NCBI RefSeq assembly: GCF_001194135.2
Contig: NC_068998.1
Span: 49,728,376-49,792,375 of the forward strand
From: Octopus bimaculoides
Lineage: Eukaryota
Direction of reading: 5' to 3'
Length of the DNA stretch: 64,000 bases
Under the pieces are notes generated by a model. It did no database searches. It was not told where the DNA came from and was given only the letters and a program-made list of their open reading frames with translations. How positions within the stretch are numbered: the first letter of the stretch is position 1; each line of letters opens with the position of its first letter. The position numbers and the translations under genes were made by a program. Below, one piece after another: positions 1-12,714 of the stretch.

Positions 1-40
<40 letters not shown>

Positions 41-281
41 AGGATACCCTGACGGATACACGCTACTACATTTCCTTTGCATTTTACTGAATAAAAAATC
101 ACCATTATAGAATTTAATTCTTCCTTATGAGCGACAGAATAAATTACTTGATAACAAGGCATAACACTTCATAAATTAACTTCATATAGAAGAGATTTCA
201 TTTCTGATATTAAAAATATTTTGCAAAACATGACGTTTTTCTGTATTTAAGTTTTTGATTTCTACTTATAATGTTTTGCAG

Positions 282-369
282 TCAGTTTGAAGAACAGAAT
301 ATATGTTTGAACACATTACACCCAAAATGTAATGAATATTTCAATCTATTACATAAAATCAAGTGTAAG
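282..369 (+). CDS. Gene A exon 3 (Cys exon, x7-C-x7-C-x11-C)
   Basis: ttttgcag|T CAG TTT...AAG TGT AAG|gtaaga; 88 nt. Confidence 0.85.
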
Positions 370-3300
370 GTAAGATAACTTGTTATTATTGGTCTTACGA
401 AATTTAATGTGTTATTGAACTAAATTATGCACCATATTTAGTATTCTTAATTTGTACTCTTTCTATGTATCACACACAATCACACATTCAGTGCTAAGTT
501 GATGCGGTAGTTGAAAATCATAAATATTTTGGCAATATAAAAATGGTTTCATTTTATCTAATGTTTGCAACAAAAGAACAATCACCGGGACTTTTCTGCA
601 CCTCAGTATTTTGAATTTAAACATCAGATGACCGGTTTATCATTTTTTGTTTTTACGCCACGTCTAATTTTCCTTTGTAACCTTTATTTATCTCATAGTA
701 GGTAACAACTCTGTACAGAAAAAGTGCACCACTGATGTGGAACTGAAAAAACGGTTGGTCCTAAAGCTGGCACTAAAATCGCCATTAAAGAGAAACTGCA
801 TAAACAGAATCACGTCGGGGTCACCAGTTTGTAATAATTCGACCGTGCAAACCAAAGGAGATGGCGACGTAGACGGAAAGGCTCCTTTTAACGATGTCGC
901 ACGGTCGAACACAAAATAAGATATATAACATAGACGGCTCGTCGTGAGAGATACGAGCCATAGTGCCGGTAAAAGAACATAGTAGGACAGACAACCGATA
1001 TATATATAGAGAGAGAGAGTAAGTTTATTAACATAGTGAAACTGTTTGTGTCTGTGTGTGCGTGCATGCGGCAAATAAGAATAACACAGTAGATAAGTCA
1101 GGCCTTCGTGTACAAGAGAATGTATACAACAATGTGAAATAACAGACCGTCGTATAAGCAATAGTGTGTGTACAATATGTGCGTGTACAAGTGCGTGTGT
1201 GAGAGGAACACAGAACAAAGAAAGAGTGTCTGTAACATAGACTGTAAAAAGTCTTCAAACACTGAGATAGAGAAAACCAGTTCGTATACGAGTTACACAA
1301 GATTTAGAATGTAGCAGAGCTGTGGTATCACAATATGTGCGTTGAGCGTCGAATGCTGTGACCGTTTACCTGATACGGAATATTCTAGCTGGTTAGTTCT
1401 GACTGTTGCTCGTGGTGGAAATAATCCACACAAACAGTGTCGATATAAAACTAAGCGTGCTGATATTGGTGCTGGCGACGACATTGTGGTAGTCAGTAGA
1501 TTGGTGGTGAAGACGTTGGCGCTGGAACTGGCTGTAGCTGTGTTCTGTATGTGTGGTCAGCGACCAGACCTGTGAGAAATCTGGAATCGAAGACGACTGC
1601 CGTCGTTGGATAGGGCTTATTTATAGTTGAAATACCGCTCACCGGAAACCCAGAAAAACTCTCTCTCACGTGACCTTATCTGAAGGCCACGATTGGACGT
1701 AATGCACCCTTAGCAAGCAGAACATGGGGACAATTGCTGTGCAAATAAGAACCAATCAGGATGGTGGATAGAAGGGTCCAAGGCAGCCGAAGGCTAGATG
1801 TTAGCTGCTTCGTTATCATTTATGATTGAATGTCCGAGAGAGAGGTTTCACTACACAATCATTACATATATTTTGCGAGAAACGTTTCGTATAAATCACA
1901 CAACGGATGTTGGCTAATGCTTGATTAAACTTAAAAGTCATGTAAAGTAAATTTTCTTGTATTTGTGGAACGGCAATATTTGGGAATACTAATATATTTC
2001 CATAAGTAATAATATATATATTGAAAAAAAAGCTATCTTACAATGAATGAAAATTCCGCTGTAACTCTGATAAAGTCGTTTTCTAAATAATGAAGGGTGG
2101 GCATTTTATGAATTTCGACGTTGTTTCCTCATAAGTTACATTTTGTTAATTACAATTATGATGACGAAAAGACAACTTCTAAGACGGATATGGACCCTAT
2201 TATATCTAATATACTAAACGATTACATAGTGGAAGGCGATTTTGATTAATATTTTTATAAAATAATGAATGGAATATATTTTCAATAAAGAATGTTAGGA
2301 ATGTTGCTCTCCTGTCTATGGAGATTATCATACTTAATATTAATTTTCTCTCAAATTATTTGTAGTTATATCATTAAAGCCTATGAGGCGTGAAATATTC
2401 CCCGTCCCCACATTTTTCACACCATATTTCCAAATGAACCTGAATTTTACGATCCGAAATATAGCTGGAGAAATATGTATGCACACAATGTACTCAGTTT
2501 CTCTGCAACTTAGAGGAAGGAAATTCACACGGTGTAATGTAGCTTAGAGGATACTTTCACCACCGAAGAAAGCGATTTTTACAAATTCCTATAAAATTAT
2601 TATTGAATCTAAACGTATTTGAGTATTTGTAGCAATTTCATAAAACAATAAACATCATATAGAAAGTTCTGGGAAAACAATTTCAAGTGCTTTCCTCCCT
2701 TGTAATTAGGGGCATTAGACACAAGTTAACGAAATTATTTCTATTCTTTGGCTTTATAATTCCTCAGCAGCCCCCATCTTCAGAATATGAAACGATACTG
2801 GAATCAACATTATTTTGGTTAATGCTTGATTGAACTTCTAGTTCTTATGAAGATACGTTGCAAGAACATTTCTATTGCCAGAAGTGTAAAGAAAGACGTT
2901 ATAATGCTATCTAGTGTGATTTTAAATATCGCATTCAATAACTATTGCCTCTTACTGATTAGTAATAATCTTTTGTTTCAGCATTCCCCAAATAAACAGG
3001 CTCAATCGAGAAAACAAGTGGTATGTAATACCGTTTCGCTTAATGATTTCCTGGGATTGTATAGTGGTGCATCTTCAATAAGCTAATATTATAATCACTG
3101 TAACGGAGCGAGCTGGCAGAATGGTTAGCACGCCGAGCGAAATGCTTAGCAGTATTTCGTCTGTTGTTACGTTCTGAGTTCAAATTCCGCCGAGGTCGAC
3201 AATGCGTTTCATCCTTTCGGGGTCGTCTAAATAACTACCAGTTACGCACCGGGGTCGATTTAATCGCTTTGTCTGTTTTTGTTTGTCTCCACTATGTTTA

Positions 3301-5177
3301 GCCCCTTGTGGTGAATAAAGAAATAAATATTGTCATCTCTATATTGATAATTATTTTCACAGTAACAGCTGGTCAACTGAATGTTAAAATTACTACAGCT
3401 GCATCAACGATCTCCCTCCAGGTGCTCTTCTGTTGCTCGCTAGATTATATTTTCATATTAGATTCCATATTTATGTAATGCTTGTAGTGGGCTACATCTA
3501 AATTTACTTTTAGTTCACGGTAATAAAGTAATGTCTTGTGGAAAATGTTTCGAATATTGAGGGAGAGGAATTTCAGAAAGTTCCCACACCTCAATCTCTT
3601 TCCTGACAATTTTCAAAGAAAGTGCTATTTCTTAATGAAAATGTCAAGAAATACCTTTCAAACGTCGTAGAATATGGTCACATGAATTTAACAGAACCTA
3701 CGAGTGGCTAATATTTCACATGGCTTGACTGTATTTTCCCGTACCTTTTGATAACTTAATAACATTTATAATGACGAAAATTTGACTTTTGCAAACCATA
3801 TGATCGCTCGCTGCTATGTTTAGCTTGCCAAAAACTAAGAAAAGGTTAGCCGCTTCTGGGTTTGTTTGACTTTAATAGGCTAAGACCTCCATGAAATCAT
3901 GTAAGAAAAATATGTTTTAAAATAAATGCTTGAATTGTTCTATCCACGGAGAGTTCAGTGAGAGAGTTTAGAATATAGTTCGAAGTATGATAGTAGGCTA
4001 GGTTATCTGAAATCATTTGTGAGAAATTTCATTAATAAATATGTAATATTCGGGAATTTATGACAACAAATTCGATTGTAGGTATAACAAACCAAAGAAA
4101 GGAAATTAATACCGCTTCTTTCTTCAGCCTTATATTTCTTCAACATCTCATTATAATGGGCGTTATGTCCGTTTGTCTGTTTGTGTCTTTTTCACGGTCA
4201 AACGAATGGCCCAATGGTTATGGTGTTTTTCGGGACTACGAAGGAGGTATCAGGAAAATGTGAAAAAGCATGATTATTGAGTGGAAATTGAGGATAACTG
4301 TTCAGTTTAGGGCCGTAAATAAAGTAAAATAAAAAAAATTAAAGGGGAGATAATTATTAAAAGAAGCAAAGGGAAATAGCTCAACTTCTTAGTATAACGG
4401 GCGTTATGAGCGTCTGGTCGTCCGCCAATCTGGATATGTATTGGGGCAACATTTACATTTCGAGAAGCATAGAAAGAGATGTTAAAAAACGTTATCTCAC
4501 AGTGAATTAATATGTCCTGTTGTATTATTTAGCTGTTGTAACTAACTCACGATATAGATGTTTTTCTTTCAGTACTCTACACCAATTAGATCCTCAATTA
4601 CCCGAAATAAGGTATGTAATACCGTTACGTTTACTGATTTGATTGCATATTAGTTTACCTTCCGTAAGCTAACACTATCAATAGATTAATATGTACTGAT
4701 AGAGCCAGACCTCATCAACAAAATGTTAAAATCCCTACGATGGCAAACGTTTTACTAAAATACTCGATTAGCCACACATATCTAAATATTTCCTCGAAAT
4801 TATCTAAATGATATGATTCTTCTCTGCATATTATAGATATAACCAACCAATACAATAAGGTTGATAAATAAGTTAAAGTTGTTCAATATATTAAGATCGA
4901 TCATGTCATTAATATTTGTAACATTTTGATATACAGATTTTAATAAATATTAAAGCGAAGACGTTGAAGTTAATAAGATAACGATGATTGTACACTTGCA
5001 TTAACAAATCTATTGGGAATTATTTAACCAATATAACTGAAATATTTGCAATAAATTATATCGATCAATTTGCATGAAAATCTCCCGACCATAATTATTT
5101 CAATAACGTTCTATTTTTCGCAGGTTAGAAGCGAATTAATACTGGCTACAGCAGTTGTTTGTAAATTAATTTATTAA
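282..5177 (+). CDS. Gene A (5'-partial; exons 1-2 lie upstream of the window): join(282..369,2982..3020,4573..4611,5124..5177). Six-Cys GPI-like family member: ...QFEEQNICLNTLHPKCNEYFNLLHKIKCK|HSPNKQAQSRKQV|YSTPIRSSITRNK|VRSELILATAVVCKLIY*
   Basis: All exons are AG/GT-bounded with compatible phases (2-0, 0-0, 0-0, 0-stop). Exon sizes and Cys spacing match paralogs B-H. AATAAA follows the stop. Confidence 0.8.
690..1830 (+). mobile_element. Degenerate Penelope-like or unclassified repeat remnants in gene A intron
   Basis: GC-richer patch; translated fragments such as NIVGQTT resemble a GIY-YIG region; no intact ORF. Confidence 0.35.
2982..3020 (+). CDS. Gene A stalk microexon HSPNKQAQSRKQV
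   Basis: ttttgtttcag|39 nt|gtatgt; flanks homologous to 4573 and 11236 exons. Confidence 0.65.
3105..3328 (+). mobile_element. tRNA-derived SINE (family 1)
   Basis: tRNA-like head GGAGCGAGCTGGCAGAATGGTTAGC...GAGTTCAAATTCCGCCGAGGTCGAC; many copies in the window. Confidence 0.8.
4080..4440. mobile_element. Non-autonomous repeat (possibly Helitron-derived) with an internal near-direct repeat
   Basis: ataatgggcgttatgtccgt at about 4153 is repeated as ataacgggcgttatgagcgt at about 4393. Confidence 0.3.
4573..4611 (+). CDS. Gene A stalk microexon YSTPIRSSITRNK
   Basis: ttttctttcag|39 nt|gtatgt. Confidence 0.7.
5124..5177 (+). CDS. Gene A last exon, hydrophobic tail VRSELILATAVVCKLIY*
   Basis: tttttcgcag|GTT; aligns with gene B last exon; AATAAA just downstream. 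Confidence 0.8.
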   Translation, partial: VRSELILATAVVCKLIY

Positions 5178-5435
5178 TTATTTCAATAAAAAACAATAAA
5201 AACATCTTGTTTTAAATTTTTATTCATTATTTGCATATCGTAGTCATTTTAATGCACGTTTTATGGGTCCAAAACTTGAAGTTTTACAAATGCATTCCGA
5301 ATTATAAATGCCTACTCCTTCATATTTTACATGGAAAATCTGCGTTGTTTGTTATGGTTTCGTTCATTATTTATCTAGTTTCCTTTATACCATTTATAAT
5401 CTTTTAGCTCTTTTATTTTAACATATTCCCTACGT

Positions 5436-5437
<2 letters not shown>

Positions 5438-5527
<90 letters not shown>
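5438..5527. repeat. (CA)n microsatellite
   Basis: Direct observation. Confidence 0.95.
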
Positions 5528-5532
<5 letters not shown>

Positions 5533-6276
5533 TAATATGAAGAGGGTTGGTTATAAGATCGGAATTAAATTCGATTTAAAAAGTGAAGCTATCGCCTTCA
5601 ATTGAATACTAACGCAGGAAGTTTGTTTGAATTAGTTCACTTTGAAAACGTCATAAGAGATGGAAACTTAATGGAATTGGAACGACTAGGATACATATTT
5701 GCATACAGAAAAATGTGTTGCTGCTGCGGTAGAAACATGTTAGTCATTGTTATATATACTATAGAAAACTTGTGAATAAAATGTTTTGGATGTGAATAAA
5801 ATATACATGTTTTGACTTTTAGTTCTAGCAATCCTGGTGCTAATTAGCGCACGTAAAAATTTCTAACAAGCCACCCTTATTATTTATAATATTCACTTTT
5901 ACCATTTATGAAATCAGCGTATGATTTCCACGGTGATCTACTAAGCTGAAAAGGCGAATTGAGTTTAACCTAACGAGACCGACTGGCGAAATACCGCTGA
6001 GCATTTCGTCAAATAAATCTAAATGATGACATATATGTATGCGTGCCTGCATGTGTGTGTGTGAGATGAGAAGAAAACATATTTATATGTAGATAATTTA
6101 TAATATTCGATGATCCTGTAATGGCAACGTGAAATAATAACGGTAATTGACCTTTCAATCGCCTTGCATTAAATCAGATTTTAACAAGAAGATAAAACCA
6201 TAAAATTGTTCGATACATTTAAGAAACTTTCTTATCGTTCACAATTAAATGGATTTATCTTGATAATCCTAGTGAA

Positions 6277-6286
6277 CATCTGTTAC
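6277..6286 (+). promoter_or_regulatory. Family upstream element CATCTGTTAC (gene B)
   Basis: 74 nt before the ATG; repeated at equivalent positions in C, D, E, F and G. Confidence 0.6.
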
Positions 6287-6350
6287 AGTGTTTACATAAG
6301 AACGCAAAGCAACGTAGATAGACGACGTTAGGTTTCAAAGAAAATAGACG

Positions 6351-6387
6351 ATGAAAATATACATTTTCTTTCCATTTGTTCTTATTG
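6351..6387 (+). CDS. Gene B exon 1 (signal peptide MKIYIFFPFVLI-G)
   Basis: ATG...ATT G|gtaagt; 37 nt as in all paralogs. Confidence 0.85.
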
Positions 6388-9300
6388 GTAAGTACCCATA
6401 CTATAATCCCTCTTTATATTCCTTATATATATATATATATATATGCATAAATATGTAATGTATTTACATGTATATATACATATATATATATACGTTGATT
6501 TCTGCCAGTTAAAAATTTATGTTATCCTTACTGTGTTATGTAGGCTGCTCTCCTCCCTAGGTTCACCTTAAATAAGACGTTTAACAACACGTCTATCGTA
6601 CAACGATGACGTGTCTTGTGCATCGTAAATGGTCCCTCCCTCATGAGAAGTGATACTACAGAAAGAATGACAGCTAGGCTAAAAACCGCTCTATCTGGTT
6701 GTTTTATCTCCAGTTTATAGTTACGATGTGTGGAGGCGCAATGGCCCTGTGGTTAGGGCAGCGGACTCGCGGTTGTAGGATCGTGGTTTCGATTCCCAAA
6801 GCGGGCGTTGTGAGTGTTTATTGAGCGAAAACACCTAAAGATCCACGAGGCTCCGGCAGGGGATGGTGGCGAACCCTGCTGTATTCTTCCACCACAACTT
6901 TCTCTCACTCTTACTTCCTGTTTGTGTTGTGCCTGTAATTCAAAGGGTCAGCCTTGTCACACTGTGTCACACTGAATCTCCTCCGAGAACTACGCTAAGG
7001 GTACACGTGTCTGTGGAGTGCTCAGCCAATTGCACTTTAATTTCACGAGCAGGCTGTTCCGTTGATCGGATCAACTGGAACCCTCGACTCTATTGACTGT
7101 GAAACGATTTGCTCAAATCGATAAAACAGTGGAATAAGTTCACATTGTGCTCAATACATTTTTCCTGAAACGGGCGAAATGGGAAGATCATATTTACACT
7201 GCCTTGGTATACACGGAAACCATACTATGATTTAGAAACGACCCTTGGAGTAATACGAGTGTTAAATCGCTCAAGATGAATCGTGAACAGCTCTTTACAA
7301 ATGACTGACAAGAGAGTCGTGCAGTGAGAAATCATCCTCCCGAGTCGATGTAAAAAATGAAATTAGTATTGCGCCAACTCATACCAGAAGGCCAATTTCA
7401 GTTCCCATTAATGTTTTAAAAGGGTATTTGTCGCCAAATTTCACCATGACATTTAATACTATCTACACCAACAATTGGTTTTCTTATTTAAAATTCTTAT
7501 TGATTTTGAGACATCATCTAAAGTCGGTTCATTAGCCATATTATTGTTATACTTCCTATGCTTTGGATAATATCAATAACTACATTGAAAGACCTATTGA
7601 AAAGGTTTATATAGTGCTCAGCTCAACGTATGGACGGGATGTCAGTTAAGAGACATTTCTCCCCAACAGAATGAACTGGGGCTATTGCAGTTGTTCTGGG
7701 TCCACAAATGTCTTTAATGAAGTAGAAATTAAAACGTGTTTTGGGGGGTTTTATGATTTACAGTACATGTTGGGAATCCTACACTGGAAACACCACCATG
7801 AAATTACTCGCTTGAACCTAGTAACATATGCGCTCAGGCGCGTAAAAATAAAATCAAAGAACTAAACAGCTGCCAGATCCAAGACGTCAATGTATACGTG
7901 GGAGCCATTTTAATGCAATAGAGGCAATTGTTGAATCATGGAGGCCCTTCCTATCAAGGTACTGAGACCAGCTATAAACAACAGAACAGACGTACATACA
8001 CTAGTGTGGTTTCTATAGCATCACCAGTCCGTACATGACATCATTCTCTGCAGATACCTGAGCAACATTTCCTACTTCTCACTTTTTTTAACTGTCTTGA
8101 AGAAGAGTTACAGACCTGAAATATACAAACATAAGGTAAAATCACAACTTTGTTTAGAGCTTGTTTCTTTTTGTAGTTTATATCTTCACGCATTGTTCCG
8201 TCATTATCAAACAAATCACCAGTTCTACTGTGCGAGAATTCGCACAAAAGTACACATGTGTATAACTTTAAATTAAAATGTGCGTGTATGGACGTGCATG
8301 TCCTTATGCTTGTTTGCATATATAGCTACGTACAATTATTAGATTAGCTATATAGTCGTGTCGCACTTAAAATTGGGTGAGCAACAAATAATTCGTCGCA
8401 ATAATATATCCGCTCATTATTGACAACGTAATCTCGTTTGTTCTGCAAATTGTTGTTCCTTTGGACGTAATATTCTTCTACTTTTAGATGTGTCAATCAA
8501 TACCGCTTTTAAACTCTATACAATAATAAGCTGTTTTCACTCCAAATAACATTTCAGTTATCTTCAAAACTTAAGAGTGTGATGGAACACGGTGACGAAA
8601 ATATGGAACGTATTGAAAAATCTCCAAAGTTAGCGCAATAAGGTTTTCTTAGAATAACGTGAGCAATATGTTGTCATGTACTATCGCGTAAGAGCCTTAA
8701 TGTTTTACGTTTCACCGACGATGGTCGCTTTTTCTGTGAATGTCTTGTGCTATGGTTACAATGGACGTCAATTTTCTCCACATTGAATATTTCACTTTGA
8801 TTTACCAGTTCATCATAGGCATTGACAGACGATATATTACATTCTTCAAATAATTTACTGAACAATGTATTTTCCAAAAATGCTGCTTTTTGAATATTAT
8901 AAATATATATTTAAAAGATCTGATATATTTTACTTTTTGAATTTCAGGCGCCGACATGGGAATCATTTGTCCACCAATGGCAAGACGACACTGTGATATT
9001 CCTGTATCCTTTTTCAAAAGTCTCCTCCACGATGAGTCGTTTTGCGAGTATATATACTTTTGCTCTTCGACTGTTGACTTTTTACTCAATAACTAAGCAT
9101 ACACTTTCTAACAAACATCTCGGTTAGCCCTTCCTTCTCGGCCTTAATATCTGTCTCTGGGCCTATTTCTCCCAAGTTATATACATTAATCTATATTCCT
9201 CAAGAATTAATACATTATGAAGAATGCCGCCAAAGCCTTTTCAAAATGTGCCTATATATTATGTATGTGTGTATGTGTGTTTGTGTATTTCTGTCAATGT

Positions 9301-11905
9301 GCGTGCACATATATCTATCTACCTGTATTGCGTGAGTGTGTGCATGTGTGTGTGTGCGTAACTGTGACTCGACAACTTATCAAGCTGGTGGACAACCTAG
9401 CCATATTGATCATATTCTCATCAGAAAATGTGATGAATGGATTCTCAAAAGCGCAAATCTGTTCCCCAGTGAAAGATGCACTGCTCTGCATAGGTTAGAC
9501 ATTGACGACTTTAGAATATATGCTTTCAGGGGCATACCCATCTGGAAAAGAAAGATCTGGAAGCTTAAGGATCCTCTGGATAGCTACAGATTTAGAGGCG
9601 GCCTACTTGAATAATTTACCGAGAAGGAGGATAGGTTACAGACATGTCACTCGATGGATAATTGGACGTCTCTACGCGACAACATACTGAAGGCTAAGAC
9701 CAAGTTTGTGGCTAATCCAAAGTCTCAACCAGTCGTAGCGTGGCATGGCCGCGGAATATTGTAGGTGGAAGCACCATTAAAGCAAAGAATCTGACTTGGA
9801 AAGACTGGAAGGCTGTAATTCTCTGTACGATAAGACATATATAAAAAACATAGCATACACATTTATGAAGTAATTCACTGTGTGAGATGTCTGCTTAGAT
9901 ACAAAAAATGCTTTGAAAATATATGAAACACGTATGTGCTTAATTTTTCACAATTTTCTAAAATACGATTACTTTTCAGTGAATATCGAGCAAGCGCTAA
10001 ATGTTTGCATGCAATACACGACCATTGTAATATATATTTCATACATGCCTATCAGCATAAGTGTAAGGTAAGACAATATTTATATTGAACTCATTATTAG
10101 AAGTCATGCCTTGTGGATTAAATTCAATAGCAGATTTTTTTTTTAAAATTCATGTTGCTAATTCATATGGAATCATTGACAATAGGATGTATTCAATATT
10201 GTATGCAGTTATGGCAGCGAAAGCTGATTAGGTAATTATATTGAAACTGAAACGCAAGATTTCTCCCCGTTCATAAACAAATCGTTTCTAATCTCTCGTA
10301 GCTAACTTAATATTTCGATGCTTTTCTTCCAGGACATTGAAACATATCCAGGCTACCCCATGCAAAATATGGTAATTATTCGCATTAGTTGTAAAGATTT
10401 AATATCACCGACTTTGTATATTATTTCAAAGAAATGAACATTTTTTGAAGGAAGTTTTCACACATATCTTTTTAGATTGTGTAGATAACGATTTCATTAG
10501 AATCATTGTGAAAATCTTTTCAAATAATTTCAAGGAGAATTTTCTGGTGGGATATACGCCCTGACATGTTTCATCATAAAATTCAAAATGGGGTGTGTTT
10601 TAATGATAATTTAAACATGTATCTTTCAGATGGTGTGAATTATATCAGACGTTAACGTGAATAAAAAAAAACATGGATTGACATGTAACGTATCTCAGGT
10701 TTGTTTTCCCAATATTTTGAGAATAATTTGCATTTATGTTGAGGAAAAACTTTAATTGTGAGGTTAACGTGAGCCAAGCTACTTCTAGCATATTAAACGA
10801 CCTGGTAGAGGATGAACAAATATTTAGCTTATTAAGAGGAAAACGATAGAGGTAGAGAAGGAGATATTAAAGCTGCTATAAATAATTGAAAAAATACTAT
10901 TCAAAATTTAGTACAGCATTGTACCTTCCATTATTTAAACATTCTATTCAAAGAATTTCGGGAAACGGTAAAATAGCCCACATATACGTTTAGCCTAGTT
11001 GTAATGGAATCATCACAAAAACTAAGGATACAACGTTGAGCTCCACAAAATATCGGCCGTTTCAAATTTGTTGATATTAACTTCCAGTATAATCGCAATA
11101 ACACCATTTGCCAAAACGTAATTGCTCTATATGTTCTAGATGTACCTACATTGACGTTAAAAAGAGCTATCATATGTGAATTAACTTGCAGTGTTGAATT
11201 AACTTTAACTCCGTATATTAATTCTTTACTTTCAGAACTCTGTGCAACTGAACGCAAAACACATCAGAAATAATGTATGTAATATCATTACGACTAATGA
11301 TTTAGTATCACTGCGATTGCATATTAATGTACTTTCAATTAGCTAACACTGTTACTGAATTTCTACTAATTGATACAGTTAAAGCTCAATGGCTATACCA
11401 ATAGTGTTCGAGTCATTTCCAACAATTTAGGCCATTTCATATTAACAGAATACTTATAATCCTCATAGTGAATGTGATACGGCGTTATGTCCAGTATATA
11501 AAATATGGTTTCCAAACTGCTGTTTTAATTATAATGCCGCTTTTGAATAGTATAATATTGTTTGAGTAATATATCACTTGCATAGTTATAATACAGCTGC
11601 ATTAATATAATGGTAAATGAATCACTTTGAAATTTCAAGGTCAATGAAGAAAATAATACTGGTAATAGTATCAACAAATATTCCGAGAACTGGTAACTAT
11701 CATATAGTTACATTACCAAGACTATTTTTTTTTTTAGATATATTTAAGCACTAAGGCAGACACATTTACAGAAATTAACTCGGTACATTTGTATGAAAAT
11801 TTCAACTCTACGTGTATGTGAATAACGTGTCATTTTGTTCTATTTTTACAGGTCGGAATGGAATTGGCATTTGCTTCTGCAGTTGCTAATAAATTTATAT
11901 ATTAA
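6351..11905 (+). CDS. Gene B: join(6351..6387,8948..9047,9980..10067,10333..10371,11236..11274,11852..11905). MKIYIFFPFVLIGADMGIICPPMARRHCDIPVSFFKSLLHDESFCDEYRASAKCLHAIHDHCNIYFIHAYQHKCKDIETYPGYPMQNMNSVQLNAKHIRNNVGMELAFASAVANKFIY*
   Basis: Continuous ORF across canonical AG/GT exons; signal peptide, 6 Cys, stalk and hydrophobic C-terminus. Confidence 0.85.
6728..7090 (+). mobile_element. tRNA-derived SINE (family 2)
   Basis: A/B-box head GGAGGCGCAATGGCCCTGTGGTTAGGGCAGCGG...GGTTTCGATTCC; near-identical copy at 27540. Confidence 0.85.
8948..9047 (+). CDS. Gene B exon 2 (C-x7-C-x16-C)
   Basis: atttcag|GC GCC GAC...TTT TGC GA|gtatat; 100 nt. Confidence 0.85.
9340..9830 (+). mobile_element. Non-LTR retrotransposon 3' fragment
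   Basis: Degenerate coding-like sequence with multiple stops, in gene B intron 2. Confidence 0.45.
9980..10067 (+). CDS. Gene B exon 3
   Basis: acttttcag|T GAA...AAG TGT AAG|gtaaga; 88 nt. Confidence 0.85.
10333..10371 (+). CDS. Gene B stalk microexon DIETYPGYPMQNM
   Basis: cttttcttccag|39 nt|gtaatt. Confidence 0.65.
11236..11274 (+). CDS. Gene B stalk microexon NSVQLNAKHIRNN
   Basis: ctttactttcag|39 nt|gtatgt. Confidence 0.75.
11852..11905 (+). CDS. Gene B last exon VGMELAFASAVANKFIY*
   Basis: tatttttacag|GTC; AATAAA about 8 nt after the stop. Confidence 0.8.
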   Translation, partial: VGMELAFASAVANKFIY

Positions 11906-12601
11906 ATATTGAAATAAATACAGGTTTAAAGACTTCCGTGTAATAACACTGTTTGTGCTATTTTGGTATTTACTTATTTATGTAACTATACTTTGAATGT
12001 CCAAAATTTAAAATTTTACGTAGACAACAAGGTCACAGGTTACTTCTCAATAACTTACAAACATTCACGTCCATTTCATTTCATTATTTTGAAGATTACG
12101 TTTCATATCAAACGTTTCATTTCCCCGTATAATAAAGAACATGTATCAGTTGTTTGAATACATTTGTAAAAAGGAATATAGATTTTATTACCAATTTGTA
12201 ATTCCTACTTACTTCTCACCCGTCCTATATATATACATACATACATAAGTATGTATGCTTGTTCCTTTTTATCGCTTTCTATACATACTAATGTGTGTAT
12301 AGGCACACATTTTTCATACATATACATTTGTGCATGTTTATCAATCCCACAATTACTTATTATTACTTCTAGATAAAAGATAAACGAAGTGATTTGATTA
12401 GAATTCTTCGAGGCAGCGCTCTAGTAATAACCAGAGATATAGGACTAAAACATTGTAAAAGATAAACTATTTTATGTTCGATAAATTATTGGTTTAAATC
12501 ATATTTCACATCTAAACAAAACATGTCTGCATATGATCAGATTAGCTAAGTTTATTATACGTCGCAATTCATCAAATATATTTATTTATGATGTTGATAC
12601 A

Positions 12602-12611
12602 CATCTGTTAC
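12602..12611 (+). promoter_or_regulatory. Family upstream element CATCTGTTAC (gene C)
   Basis: 76 nt before the ATG. Confidence 0.6.
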
Positions 12612-12677
12612 AATGGTTTCTTAAGCACTTAAACAATGCAACGTGGACATAAGTCTTAGTGTCAGTGAATAGAGACG

Positions 12678-12714
12678 ATGAAAATTTATATCTACATTTC
12701 TTTACTCAGTGTTG
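12678..12714 (+). CDS. Gene C exon 1 (signal peptide)
   Basis: ATG AAA ATT TAT...GTT G|gtaagt. Confidence 0.85.

Noticed and set aside
688-1218. Longest non-gap ORF (176 aa, minus)
   Set aside because: Antisense to a repeat remnant, includes microsatellite-derived sequence, and has no recognisable domain.
6728-6810. tRNA-like sequences (also at 3105, 27540, 30900 and 49545)
   Set aside because: They are heads of multicopy SINEs continuing into SINE bodies, with no complete cloverleaf.
8054-8135. AG/GT-bounded open segment in gene B intron 1
   Set aside because: Phase is incompatible with exon 1 (stop in the phase-1 frame) and it has no family similarity.
11852-11890. Last exons read in the +1 frame give defensin-like CxC peptides (GRNGIGICFCSC* in [14 protein letters not shown] in F, GPFSVRICYC in G).
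   Set aside because: The upstream exons end in phase 0, and gene A has a stop (TAG) in this frame. The Cys arise from T-GCx Ala codons of the conserved hydrophobic frame.
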